64,000 nt of DNA from an uncultured delta proteobacterium (GTDB lineage Bacteria > Myxococcota > Myxococcia > Myxococcales > UBA5297). The stretch's first letter is position 1; every line of letters begins with the position of its first letter. This document shows positions 19,119 to 28,455 of this stretch, piece after piece. The notes beneath the pieces were generated by a model that saw only the letters and a program-made list of their open reading frames with translations, was not told the origin of the DNA and ran no database searches. Where the stretch lies: assembly GCA_963772225.1 (NCBI GenBank), contig CAVYWD010000001.1, positions 1,314,706 to 1,378,705 on the forward strand, written 5' to 3'. A program made the translations under genes and the position numbers.

Positions 19119-21092
19119 TCAAATGGCTTCGATCGTCAACTGCACGTCCGTGCCCGTGTAGGTCGCCGTGACCGTGCTGAAGCCGTCCACGGTGATGGCG
19201 GCGAAGCTGCCGTGGCGCTCGCCGGCGGTCAACACGGTGAGGGTGTCGCCGACCGCGGGCTTGTAGGTGCCCGGAAAGCTCACATGGAGCACCCCGTTGT
19301 CAACGACCGCCGCGCCGCTCACGTTGAGCGCGCCTTGGCCGTTGGCCTTCATGGCGACCTCGAGCGTGCCGCCTTCGAGCAGGGTGAGCTCGCCTCCGAT
19401 CGCCAGGGAACCTGCCGCGTCGGAGAGCAAGGTGCCGCCGCTCACGAAGACATCGCCCTTGCCCAAGGCAGAGGTCGAGTCGGCTGCCAGGGTGCCGCCC
19501 TCCAGCTTGGTGCCGCCCGCGTAGGTATTGGCACCGGACAGGCGCAGGGTCCCCGTGCCCTGCTTGGTCAGCTTGCCGACGCCGGAGATGTCGTTCTTCC
19601 AGGCATCGGAGGCGCTGAACCCGCCCAGCGAGGCGTCCATGCTCACGGTCACGTCCCCATTGAAGGCGCCATAGCCGTCCGCCGCGGCGAAGAGGTTCAA
19701 GCGGCCCCAGCCCTCGACGTCGTCCATGATGGGATAGCCCGACGGCATGGCCGTGGTCTTGAGCACCACGCGGCGCTGCGCGCCCGTCAGGTACGGCAGG
19801 CGGGTCTCCAGCAGCACCTCGGCTCCCTTGGGAACCACCGCGGCCGCGGTCGTGCTGGCGATAGGAGTGAAATTGAACGTCATGCGCTTGAGGTAGCTCG
19901 CCTTGAGGGTGGCGTAATCCGCGAAACGATCGTTCGCGGCCGTTCCGGAATGAGCGTAGTGATACAGGTCGGCCGCGGTGGAGACGCCCGCTTGCGTTTG
20001 AAGCCAGGTGTGCGCCTGGGTCGCAGCCTGGGACCTCAGCGTCGAATTGGCCGACTTGCTCAGGTTGTAAGCGACGACTGCGATGGCCTGGATGCGGCCG
20101 CCCATCACGTCCAGGGGTGAGTGCATGCCCGCGAGAATTCGGTTCTCCCCCAGCTCCATGGCGCGGCTCAGCATCTCCTGGTAGCGCTCTGGCACCAGGT
20201 AGGCCATGGCCAAGGCGTCGCGCCAACCCTCGGCCGCGTGCCCGCTGATGAATCCACTGTCGGTGGCAGGCGTCGTGCTCTCGACGGGCACCAGCGAGGG
20301 GGGGACGACCACCATGCTGCTCCAGCGCCACGGGCGGGCATATTTGTAGAAGCGCTTCGCCGGCTCGGTGGAGGCGTCGGTGCCCATTGCGTTGATGAGG
20401 TCGACCGCCAACCCCATGTCCGTGTTCGCCGGGGCGGAGGCGGTAGCGGCGCTGCCCACGCCGGTGTTGTTGCCCCCGTCGTTATAGCTCTTCGTGTTCG
20501 CATCCGAGGCGATTCCGGTGATGGTCGTCGTTTGCTGGGTGCCCTTGATCCAAGCGGCCGTCAGCGGGCCCATTCCGTCGGTGACGCTGTAGCCCTTGCC
20601 CCGGCGGTCGTCCAGATACGCGGCCAGCTCCTGGTCGGCGCTTCGCGAAGCGGTCACTTTCTCGACGTAATCGATGTTGGCCACGTGCACGCTGGAGTTC
20701 TTCACGGATCCGTCGGTCGAATCGCGAGGAATGCCGGTCCAGACCGAAGCGGCGACGGCGGCGCAAGTGCCGCTGACGGGCGCCGTAACCCCCGCGCTCA
20801 CGAGAAGATCAATCGGCGTCCAAATGTCCAGGAAGCCGCGCACCACGCGCACGCCGGCGTTGGTATCCACCGTGGCGTGGCAAGCGTCTCCTCTCACATT
20901 GGTCGCGCCATCGTCCACATAGGCGGTGACCCCGTTCGCCGGGTCGGCGCTTTCGACGTTGCCGACGCCGGCCGGCTCCGCCGGGACGGTGTAGGTGTCA
21001 ACGCTGGGCTTGGGGGTTGACTTGTCGGAGCCGCAGGCTGCCAAGAAGGACAGCGCGACTCCAGCGAAGCTGGTTCTGAGGCGGTGAATCAT
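19119..21092 (-). CDS. Secreted PAP2-superfamily phosphatase/phosphoesterase lipoprotein with a C-terminal autotransporter-like passenger beta-repeat region.
   Basis: PAP2 motifs KYARP, SGHAA and NRILAGMHSPLD. C-terminal GTGTLRLSGANTYAGGTKLEGGTLA-type repeats. Lipobox LAAC. The start is ambiguous (21092 or 21110). Confidence 0.7.
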   Translation of the reverse strand: MIHRLRTSFAGVALSFLAACGSDKSTPKPSVDTYTVPAEPAGVGNVESADPANGVTAYVDDGATNVRGDACHATVDTNAGVRVVRGFLDIWTPIDLLVSAGVTAPVSGTCAAVAASVWTGIPRDSTDGSVKNSSVHVANIDYVEKVTASRSADQELAAYLDDRRGKGYSVTDGMGPLTAAWIKGTQQTTTITGIASDANTKSYNDGGNNTGVGSAATASAPANTDMGLAVDLINAMGTDASTEPAKRFYKYARPWRWSSMVVVPPSLVPVESTTPATDSGFISGHAAEGWRDALAMAYLVPERYQEMLSRAMELGENRILAGMHSPLDVMGGRIQAIAVVAYNLSKSANSTLRSQAATQAHTWLQTQAGVSTAADLYHYAHSGTAANDRFADYATLKASYLKRMTFNFTPIASTTAAAVVPKGAEVLLETRLPYLTGAQRRVVLKTTAMPSGYPIMDDVEGWGRLNLFAAADGYGAFNGDVTVSMDASLGGFSASDAWKNDISGVGKLTKQGTGTLRLSGANTYAGGTKLEGGTLAADSTSALGKGDVFVSGGTLLSDAAGSLAIGGELTLLEGGTLEVAMKANGQGALNVSGAAVVDNGVLHVSFPGTYKPAVGDTLTVLTAGERHGSFAAITVDGFSTVTATYTGTDVQLTIEAI

Positions 21093-21196
21093 CGGTCGTT
21101 TCGAAGGCATTAGGTCGATCACTCCACAAAGAGGGCTTGGCAGCCCTGCTGATGGGCAGCAAGACTGACTTGTATTCTTGTTAACTATCCTTGGAG

Positions 21197-21338
21197 CTTG
21201 ACGTCTCGCGTTCGCTCGTGTGACAACTGGGAGACACTCGGGTCAACACAATCCAGTTGCTCGACGTCTCGCGGCCGCTCATGCGACAAGTTGGAGACAT
21301 TCGGGCCGACACGATCCAGTTGCTTGACGATCGCCGAG
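21197..21338. repeat. Tandem direct repeat: two 63-bp units plus a 16-bp partial third copy (about 80% identity) in the divergent intergenic region.
   Basis: Unit 1 is 21197–21259, unit 2 is 21260–21322, and the partial copy is CTTGACGATCGCCGAG. The region is lower in GC than its surroundings. Confidence 0.8.
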
Positions 21339-21399
21339 CCAGCCCGGATATTGGCTTTCGGTCCAGTTCCGAAACAAATTAATTCAACCAGGAGATGTC

Positions 21400-23118
21400 A
21401 TGAAAATCCGCATCCGCGGGTTGATGCTGGCCTTCGTTATTCTGGCCGGCTTCGACGCACGAGCAGCGAGCGGCACCTTCACCACGCTGACCTATAATGT
21501 CGCTGGATTACCCCAGGGTTTGTCGAGCGCACCGAGCGACCGCCAGGCGTCGACGCAGCTCATCAGCTGCTATGTCAATGCTTTTGACATCGTGAACGTC
21601 CAGGAGGACTTCAACTACCACGCCGCGCTGTACGACACCTGCGACAACCACCCCTTTCGGTCGGCGACCTCCGGCGGCGCCGCCTTCGGCAGCGGCCTCA
21701 ACACCATGAGCCGCTTCCCTTTCGCCGACTGGGAGCGGGTCGGTTGGGATACCTGCAACGGCGTGGATTGCCTGACCCCGAAGGGCTTCACCGTGGCGAG
21801 AGTTCGCCTCGCCGAAGGCGTCTATGTCGACATCTACAACCTGCACGCACAGGCCCAGACCGCTGACGCCGACCTGGCGTCTCGCCGCTCCGACATCCTT
21901 CAGCTCGCCCATTACATGGAGAACTATTCGGCCGGTCACGCGGTCATCGTCATGGGAGACACCAATACCCGCTATACCCGCGAAGGCGACAATATCTGGG
22001 AGTTCTTGCGGCGCGGCGCGAGCGACGCGTGGGTCGACCTCGTGAGAAGCGGTGCCGTGCCGGCGCCGGGTTTGGACGCCATGGTCTGCGACCCCGGCTA
22101 CACCAGCCCGAACTGCGAGGTCGTGGACAAGGTGCTCTATCGCGACAACGGGTACGTCGGGCTCAAGGCCATCGCCTACTCGATTCAGACCGACACCCAG
22201 AACGCGGCCGGCCAGGAGCTCTCGGACCACCGTCCGGTCGCGGTGACCTGGAGCTTCGCCACCCCGAGCGACCTCAAGCTCAGCGACACCTGGGGCGGCC
22301 CGCACGAGGAGCCGTTCGATGACGTGGCCAGCTTGCCGGCGAGCCCCGCCGCGAGCGCGGTCGCGCTGCGCACCGGCAGCCGCGTGGACCACGTGGAGAT
22401 CACCCTGAGCAATGGCTACGTGCTCTCGCACGGCGGCACCGGGGGCGACCCCAGCGCGCTGGCCTTGGCGAGCGACGAGTACCTCACCTCGCTCTCCGTT
22501 TGCTCTGGCCTCCACAACAACGCGACCAGCGTCTTCTACGCGCAGTTCACGACCAGCGCCGGGCGCACCCTGGCCGGAGGCTCGGCCACCTCGAATTGCC
22601 AGACGTATACGGCTCCCAGCGGCTGGCAGATCGTCGGCTTCCACGGCCGCGCGGGCGACGAGGTCGACGCGCTCGGCGTCGTGTACGCTCCGCGCGTCGC
22701 CAAGCCCGGACCCGCGGCGTTTGACGAGATGGTCAACGAGCTCTCCGGCCAGTGCCTGGACATCACGAAGGTCTCGATGGCGAATGGCACCAGCATGGAG
22801 CAATGGCCGTGCAATGGCGGCGACTGGCAGCGGTGGAGCTACGACGCCAACTCGGGCCTCATTCGAAGCCAGCGCGACCCCCGCTTTTGCCTCGACAACA
22901 GCGGCACCTTCGCCGATGGCGCGAACCTGGTCCTTTGGAGCTGCAGCGGCAACGCCAATCAGCGCTTTACTCTCGACACCTCGAGCGGCGCGATTCGGAT
23001 GCGGACCTACCCGCAGCAGGTGCTGGACGTCACTAATCTGAGCAACGCCGCCGGGGCACCGGTCGAGACCTGGTCCTGGTGGGGCGGCGCCAACCAGATC
23101 TGGAGCCTCGTGCCCTGA
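21400..23118 (+). CDS. Secreted multidomain protein: endonuclease/exonuclease/phosphatase (sphingomyelinase-like) domain + jacalin-like lectin + ricin-B (QxW) lectin.
   Basis: Signal peptide. The EEP region (LTYNVAGLP...VMGDTNTRY...SDHRPV), jacalin-like HGGTGG, and three QxW repeats (EQWPCNGGDWQRW, LVLWSCSGNANQRF, ETWSWWGGANQIW). Confidence 0.75.
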   Translation: MKIRIRGLMLAFVILAGFDARAASGTFTTLTYNVAGLPQGLSSAPSDRQASTQLISCYVNAFDIVNVQEDFNYHAALYDTCDNHPFRSATSGGAAFGSGLNTMSRFPFADWERVGWDTCNGVDCLTPKGFTVARVRLAEGVYVDIYNLHAQAQTADADLASRRSDILQLAHYMENYSAGHAVIVMGDTNTRYTREGDNIWEFLRRGASDAWVDLVRSGAVPAPGLDAMVCDPGYTSPNCEVVDKVLYRDNGYVGLKAIAYSIQTDTQNAAGQELSDHRPVAVTWSFATPSDLKLSDTWGGPHEEPFDDVASLPASPAASAVALRTGSRVDHVEITLSNGYVLSHGGTGGDPSALALASDEYLTSLSVCSGLHNNATSVFYAQFTTSAGRTLAGGSATSNCQTYTAPSGWQIVGFHGRAGDEVDALGVVYAPRVAKPGPAAFDEMVNELSGQCLDITKVSMANGTSMEQWPCNGGDWQRWSYDANSGLIRSQRDPRFCLDNSGTFADGANLVLWSCSGNANQRFTLDTSSGAIRMRTYPQQVLDVTNLSNAAGAPVETWSWWGGANQIWSLVP

Positions 23119-23260
23119 CCGCGAGCGGTCGGGAAGGGTGACGAGCGGTCGGGAGCGGTGGGCCCGCTCTCGACCGCGAGTCGTCGCGGCTGCTGCGGGA
23201 GGGGGACGGACGGCGTCGGCTCGAGCCGCAAACGCGCGGCCTCGAGGCGCCGGGGCGGCG

Positions 23261-25090
23261 CTACTTCGCGGAGTCAATCTCGTACTTGCGGAGCCGATAA
23301 GCGAGCTTCGGCCGGCTGATGCCCAAGGTCCTGGCGGCGAGGGAGAGATTGCCGTTCGATTTGACCACCGCCGCGCGCAGCATGGCGGCCTCGGCTTCGG
23401 CCAGGCGCTGGATGTCTCCCGGCCCGGGAAGCGCTTCGGGGCCCGGCATGACGCGATCGGGCGCGAGGACGATGTTGCCGTTGCGCTGCAGGGCGAACGA
23501 GGACGAGTCGAACTCTTCTCCAGAGGTAAACAGGTGGCAGAGGTCGAGCGCGCCGCCGCCGTCGGACAGGATGACGGCGCGCTCGATCATGTTCTCGAGC
23601 TCGCGGACGTTCCCGGGCCAGTCGTAATTGAACAGCGCGTGGACCGCCCGCTCTCGAAAGCCGGTGATCACCTTGCCGTGCTTGGCGGCGAAGCGCTGCA
23701 AGAGCCAATTCATCATCAGCGGGATGTCGTCGCGGCGCTCCCGCAGCGGCGGCACCTTGATGGGGAAGACGTTGAGGCGAAAGAACAGGTCCTCCCGGAA
23801 GGTCCCGGCCTTCACCGCCTGGCGGAGGTTGACGTTGGTGGCGGACACGACGCGCACGTCGATCTTCCGCGTCCGCGTGTCCCCCACCCGCTCGATCTCC
23901 CCTTGCTGCAGCGCCCTCAAAAGCTTGCTCTGCGCCGTGAGGCTGAGCGTGCCGATCTCGTCGAGGAAGAGCGTGCCGCCGTGGGCGCGCTCGTTCCAGC
24001 CCGGGTATTTCTCCTCCAGCCAGTCGCGGCAATCCGGGGTCATGCCGGCAGCCGGGTTCCACCAGACGGTCGGCCGCCAGAACCACACGCCCAGGTGATA
24101 GGCGTGGTGCTGGTAGTTGAACTCGTTGATCATCTTCTCCCAGTACCAGGGGAGCTCGAGGCCCAGGTCGATGAGCGAGCGCTCGAATTGGCCGACGATC
24201 CACTCCTGCATGAACTCCTTGAACGACTGCTTCCGGTGCTGGAGCGGCGTGTAGTAGTCCATCGCCGGGCCGGTGAGGACGCCGAAGATGCGCCAGGCGC
24301 GGGCGATGGCCATGTCCACCAGCTTCTGCGCCTCCTGCTTGCGCCCGTTGCTGATGAGCACCTCGAGCGCGGGCCCGCCTATCTGCGCGTGGCGCGATTC
24401 GTCGGTCTGGATGCTGGAGATGAGGCTCGAGAACGTGTAATCGCGCGCCTCGGCGGCGTCGGCCGCCAGCCCCAGGAACTGCATGTTGGTGAAGCCCGTC
24501 TCGAAGGCGAAGGTGAGCATCACCGCGATGTCGGTGGCGCTCCGGCCCAGGAAGAGGTCGTCGAAGGTGTGGCGCGCGGCGATCGCGCCCCACTCGTTGG
24601 AGTGGTAGGCCTTGTGGGCCCAGTCGAATTGCCGGTCCTTGGAGCAGTGCTCGTGGGGAAAGAAGAGCTGCAGCTGGGCGTGGCGGTTCTCGTCGAGCAT
24701 GCCGTAGGTCGCCATGTTGCGCATGCCCGGCGCCCGGCCGAAGCGCACCATCCGCGCCTCGGCGCTCATGGCCCCGTATTCGCCCAGGGCGATGGCGCCG
24801 TAGTGGGCCTTGAGAATGGACAGCCAGCCCGGGTCGGCCTCCTGGAGAAGGCGATTGCGCTCCAGCGCCGCCTTCACAGAATAGGCGCCTGCGTCCTTCT
24901 CGCGCTGAATGCGCACGTATTCGGGGAACGAGACCTTGTAGGGCTCGTCGTAGACTTCCCACTTCTCCACCGGCACGCCCTTGGCGCCGGTCATCACGTC
25001 GGGGAAGAGCTCGGACTCTGCCACGTAGGTGGGCGTCCAAGTGGTTCGGCGCGCAATCTCGTACCACTCGCTGCGGTCCAACAAGGCCAT
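23261..25090 (-). CDS. Chimeric ORF: N-terminal ~370 aa of a soluble diiron monooxygenase hydroxylase alpha-subunit (toluene/phenol monooxygenase type) fused in frame to the C-terminal half of a sigma-54-dependent activator (Walker B to Fis-type HTH).
   Basis: Two E..H diiron motifs (DENRH, DESRH) about 97 aa apart, as in TouA/DmpN/MmoX. From [10 protein letters not shown] onward the sequence is ...GAFTRFDLFFRL...ESRRDDIP...[10 protein letters not shown]...LSLAARTLGISRPKLAYRLRKY. The ATG at 25090 has a GAGGAGG ribosome-binding site; the junction is near 23980. Confidence 0.7.
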   Translation of the reverse strand: MALLDRSEWYEIARRTTWTPTYVAESELFPDVMTGAKGVPVEKWEVYDEPYKVSFPEYVRIQREKDAGAYSVKAALERNRLLQEADPGWLSILKAHYGAIALGEYGAMSAEARMVRFGRAPGMRNMATYGMLDENRHAQLQLFFPHEHCSKDRQFDWAHKAYHSNEWGAIAARHTFDDLFLGRSATDIAVMLTFAFETGFTNMQFLGLAADAAEARDYTFSSLISSIQTDESRHAQIGGPALEVLISNGRKQEAQKLVDMAIARAWRIFGVLTGPAMDYYTPLQHRKQSFKEFMQEWIVGQFERSLIDLGLELPWYWEKMINEFNYQHHAYHLGVWFWRPTVWWNPAAGMTPDCRDWLEEKYPGWNERAHGGTLFLDEIGTLSLTAQSKLLRALQQGEIERVGDTRTRKIDVRVVSATNVNLRQAVKAGTFREDLFFRLNVFPIKVPPLRERRDDIPLMMNWLLQRFAAKHGKVITGFRERAVHALFNYDWPGNVRELENMIERAVILSDGGGALDLCHLFTSGEEFDSSSFALQRNGNIVLAPDRVMPGPEALPGPGDIQRLAEAEAAMLRAAVVKSNGNLSLAARTLGISRPKLAYRLRKYEIDSAK

Positions 25091-25158
25091 GGTGGTGCCT
25101 CCTCTTTCGCGGGGCTGGCTCTCGCTTCGAATCGGTGAGGCTGCGGCTCGCCATTTGA

Positions 25159-25173
25159 GCAAGCGCGGTGCCA
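25159..25173 (-). promoter_or_regulatory. Sigma-54 (-24/-12) promoter TGGCAC-N5-TTGC for the monooxygenase-fusion gene.
   Basis: The reverse complement of 25159–25173 is TGGCACCGCGCTTGC, about 70 nt upstream of the ATG at 25090. Confidence 0.6.
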
Positions 25174-25279
25174 CCGGGCCGGACGCCCTCGAACGCGGCG
25201 CTGCGCCACGGCGCAGGCCGTGGGCTCCCGGGGCTCCTTCGATTTGATGCGTCGGGTCACGCAAGGCGTTCACCCTGGA

Positions 25280-25297
25280 TTTCACCATTTGGTGAAA
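25280..25297. promoter_or_regulatory. Perfect inverted repeat TTTCACCA-TT-TGGTGAAA ~110–140 bp upstream of the sigma-54 promoter; candidate activator UAS. Adjacent AT-rich GATTGTC repeats may be an IHF-like site.
   Basis: Palindrome read directly from the sequence; its position fits XylR/DmpR-type UAS geometry. Confidence 0.3.
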
Positions 25298-25477
25298 TAC
25301 CATGGCTTCTGAGATTGTCGATGATTGTCATGATTTCATGAAAATCTCGAGAATAGGCTCCGCTGTCGCGACGCGTTACGCGCCGGCCCGATCCGGCGAG
25401 GTCCTTAGCTTCAGGGCGGGCCCGCGTGACCGCTGATGTGCTTTCACATAGAGTTGTAGATTCGACGCGAGGTCGCT

Positions 25478-25825
25478 ATGAGCAGGACCAAGACGCCCGG
25501 CGCCAAGAAGGCCGTGAGCTTGAGGCGAGACCGGCGCAACGCCTACGGGGAGAACGCCAAGGCGTCGCGCAAGGCCATCCCGCGACGAAAGGCGCTCTCC
25601 CAGCGCTCGGCCCGGCGCGCCGCCGCGGTGGCGATCCACGGCCTCGCGCAGGAGTCCTCGGCCCACGTCGAAGAGCCCTCGGACCGGCGCCTCGCGGACG
25701 CGAGAGCCAAGGTCCGCCGGGGGTTCCGCAAGTCCCCCGACCCGCCGCTCGGAGAGCGGGTGGAGAAGAAGCTCGCCCATCGCCGCCTGCTCGACGCCGA
25801 AGGCGACCGCCAGCGCCGGCGATAG
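25478..25825 (+). CDS. Hypothetical small, highly basic (Arg/Lys-rich) protein encoded within the regulatory intergenic region.
   Basis: 115-aa ORF with GC3-rich codon usage and a GAGGT upstream of the ATG; no recognisable domain. Confidence 0.3.
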   Translation: MSRTKTPGAKKAVSLRRDRRNAYGENAKASRKAIPRRKALSQRSARRAAAVAIHGLAQESSAHVEEPSDRRLADARAKVRRGFRKSPDPPLGERVEKKLAHRRLLDAEGDRQRRR

Positions 25826-25920
25826 AGCCAGAGGCTCGCCTTCGACTGCTGGGTGCCCGGCATGGCGCCGACGTTCTCACTTTGATAAGACCCCTTCTCG
25901 AGATGAAAAGGAGGCCCCGC

Positions 25921-27549
25921 ATGCGCGCCGCCGACCTGGACCTGCGAGAGCTGCTCCAATTCGACCCCGAGGGCGGCGTCATTCGCTTCGGCGGTCAGCG
26001 CGCGCTGGTGCTCGACGCGGTGGCGCTCGGCATCCTGCGCCGCGAGCTCATCGAGACGATCGGCCTCTCCGGGGCGCGCGGCATCCTCACTCGGTTCGGC
26101 TACGCGCACGGCTGGCGAACCGCCGAGAGCCTTCGCGCCGCCTTCCCCTGGGACGACCCGGACGAATGGCGCCAGGCCGGCGGTCGCCTCCACACGCTGC
26201 AGGGCCTGGCCGTCGTGGAGGCGACCGCGGCCGACGGCAGCGATGCCCAGCACCTCGCCGACGCCCTCTGGCACGACTCCTACGAGGCCGACCAACACCT
26301 GCTTCACTTGGGCCAGGCGGAGGAGCCGGTGTGCTGGACGCTCACCGGCTTCGCCAGCGGCTACCTCTCGCTCTGCCATGGCCGGGAGATCCTCTGCGTT
26401 GAAAGGCGCTGCCGCGGCCAGGGCGACGCCGCCTGCCACCTCGTCGGCCGCGCCCGCGAGGACTGGGGCGAGGCCGCCGCCCAGCACCTCCCGTTCTACC
26501 GGAAGGAGTGCATGGACAAGGCGCTCCTCCACGTGACCGACGAGCTCAAGCGCGTCGAGCAGCAGCTGCGCGCGCGCAGGCGGGCGCTCGGGCCCGCCGC
26601 GCGGGCGGTCGACCGCTCCGGGCTCATCGCGCAGAGCGAGCCCATGCTGCGCGCCCTCGAGCTGGCGCGCAGGGTGGCGCAGGTCGACTCCACCCTGCTC
26701 GTCACCGGCGAGAGCGGCGTCGGCAAAGAGCGGATCGCCCGGCTCATCCACGACGAGTCCAAAAGGAGGTCGGGGCCCTTCGTGGCCATCAACTGCGGGG
26801 CGGTGCCCGAGAGCCTGCTCGAGTCCGAGCTCTTCGGCCACGCCAAGGGCGCCTTCACCGGCGCCGCGCAGGACCGGCCCGGCCTCTTCGAGGCGGCGAA
26901 CGGCGGGACGCTGTTCCTCGACGAGATCGGCGAGGTTCCGCCGGCGATGCAGGTGAAGCTCTTGCGGGCGCTCCAGCAGCGCGAGGTGCGCCGCGTCGGC
27001 GAAAACCAGAGCCGAAAGGTCAACGCGCGCGTCATCGCCGCGACCAACCGCGACCTTTCCGCCGAGATCCGCGCGGCGCGCTTTCGCCAGGACCTCTACT
27101 ACCGCCTGCGCGTGGTGGAGCTGCGCGTGCCCCCGCTGCGCGAGCGCCGCGACGACATCTTGCCCCTCGCGCGCGCCTTCCTCGTCGACGCCAGCGCCCG
27201 CACCGGCCGAAAGATCTCCGCGCTGACTCCGCGGGCGGCGAACCGGCTGGTGCGCTACGCCTGGCCGGGCAACGTGCGAGAGCTCGAGAACGCGGTCGAG
27301 CGCGCCGTCGTCTTGGCTCAGGGCCACCGCCTCGATCTCGACGACTTCCCCGAGGAGGTCGGGCTCGCGCTCCCCGGCGCGGGTGCGCAGGGCGACGCGC
27401 GGTCGCTGGAGGCGGTCGAGCGCGACCACATCCTCGCGGTGCTCCGCGCCAACGGCGGCAACAAGGCGAAGGCGGCGCAGCAGCTGCAAATCGGCATCGC
27501 CACCCTCTACCGCAAGCTGAAGCAGTACGAGGCCCCGCCCCGGCGCTGA
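25921..27549 (+). CDS. Sigma-54-dependent transcriptional activator of the XylR/DmpR (NtrC) family, with an XylR_N/V4R-type aromatic-sensing N-terminal domain.
   Basis: N-terminal [20 protein letters not shown] (XylR_N-like). AAA+ motifs [33 protein letters not shown]. Fis-type HTH at the C-terminus. AGGAGG ribosome-binding site 6 nt before the ATG. Confidence 0.85.
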   Translation: MRAADLDLRELLQFDPEGGVIRFGGQRALVLDAVALGILRRELIETIGLSGARGILTRFGYAHGWRTAESLRAAFPWDDPDEWRQAGGRLHTLQGLAVVEATAADGSDAQHLADALWHDSYEADQHLLHLGQAEEPVCWTLTGFASGYLSLCHGREILCVERRCRGQGDAACHLVGRAREDWGEAAAQHLPFYRKECMDKALLHVTDELKRVEQQLRARRRALGPAARAVDRSGLIAQSEPMLRALELARRVAQVDSTLLVTGESGVGKERIARLIHDESKRRSGPFVAINCGAVPESLLESELFGHAKGAFTGAAQDRPGLFEAANGGTLFLDEIGEVPPAMQVKLLRALQQREVRRVGENQSRKVNARVIAATNRDLSAEIRAARFRQDLYYRLRVVELRVPPLRERRDDILPLARAFLVDASARTGRKISALTPRAANRLVRYAWPGNVRELENAVERAVVLAQGHRLDLDDFPEEVGLALPGAGAQGDARSLEAVERDHILAVLRANGGNKAKAAQQLQIGIATLYRKLKQYEAPPRR

Positions 27550-27555
27550 CAGCTT

Positions 27556-28443
27556 CTAGCCGAACTGCACCGACCGCTTCGTGAACGCGCTGTCCATCCA
27601 CCACCCCGTGATGGGGAAGGTGGTCTTCGGTCGCTCGTCCGCGACCGCGCCGGCCGCGACCAGGAGCGGCGCGTAGTGGTCCCAGCCCGGATGCGCCAGT
27701 CGCGCTCCCGGGGCGCGCTCCAGGAAGCGCTCGAGCGACTCAAGGTCCAGGCGCGTCAGCGCGCTCTCGGCCCAGGCGTCGAACTCGCGCGCCCACTCCG
27801 GGATCCCCGGGCGGAACGCGTAGCGCATGTTGTGCGTCAAGAACCCGCTCGCGAAGAGGAGGACGCCTTCGTCGCGCAGGGGCGCGAGCGCGCGGCCGAG
27901 CTCGACGAGCCGCTCCGGCACGAGCTCGGGGAGCGACAGCTGGATCACCGGGATGTCGGCGCTCGGGTACATCCCCAGGAGCGGGACGTAGGTCCCGTGG
28001 TCCAGACCGCGCCCCGGGTCGTCGGCGCACGCGATGCTCTTCTGCTTCAGCAGCTCGCGAACGCGCGCCGCGAGCTCCGGGGCGCCGGGCGAGGGGTATT
28101 TCAGACGGTAATACTTCTCGGGAAATCCGAAGAAATCGTAAACGAGCGGCCAGGGCTCCGTCGCGCCCAAGGTGGCCGTCTTCTCCATCCAATGCGCCGA
28201 GACCGAGAGGATGCTCTTCGGGCGCGGCAGCGCCTTCGCCCACCCGGCGAGCTCGCCCATCCACACCTCGTCGTCGAGCAGCACCGGCGCGCCGTGCGCC
28301 GCGTAGAGGACCGGCATTCGCCCACTCGGTGCGTTCGCCTTCGTCTCCTCTGAAGTCGCCATGGCCTTCCTTTCCTGGCGCAGATTCCCGGCGGCCATCC
28401 ATGGCAGCGCCGCGATCGCGCGAAGCACGTCTCGTCGATTCAT
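27556..28443 (-). CDS. Class III extradiol ring-cleavage dioxygenase (LigB/DODA family), Tat-exported.
   Basis: Tat-like MNRRDVLRAIAALPWMAAG. The core ...LSVSAHW...DHG..VPL... is typical of the LigB/YgiD family. Confidence 0.75.
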   Translation of the reverse strand: MNRRDVLRAIAALPWMAAGNLRQERKAMATSEETKANAPSGRMPVLYAAHGAPVLLDDEVWMGELAGWAKALPRPKSILSVSAHWMEKTATLGATEPWPLVYDFFGFPEKYYRLKYPSPGAPELAARVRELLKQKSIACADDPGRGLDHGTYVPLLGMYPSADIPVIQLSLPELVPERLVELGRALAPLRDEGVLLFASGFLTHNMRYAFRPGIPEWAREFDAWAESALTRLDLESLERFLERAPGARLAHPGWDHYAPLLVAAGAVADERPKTTFPITGWWMDSAFTKRSVQFG

Positions 28444-28455
28444 GGTCCCTGCACC

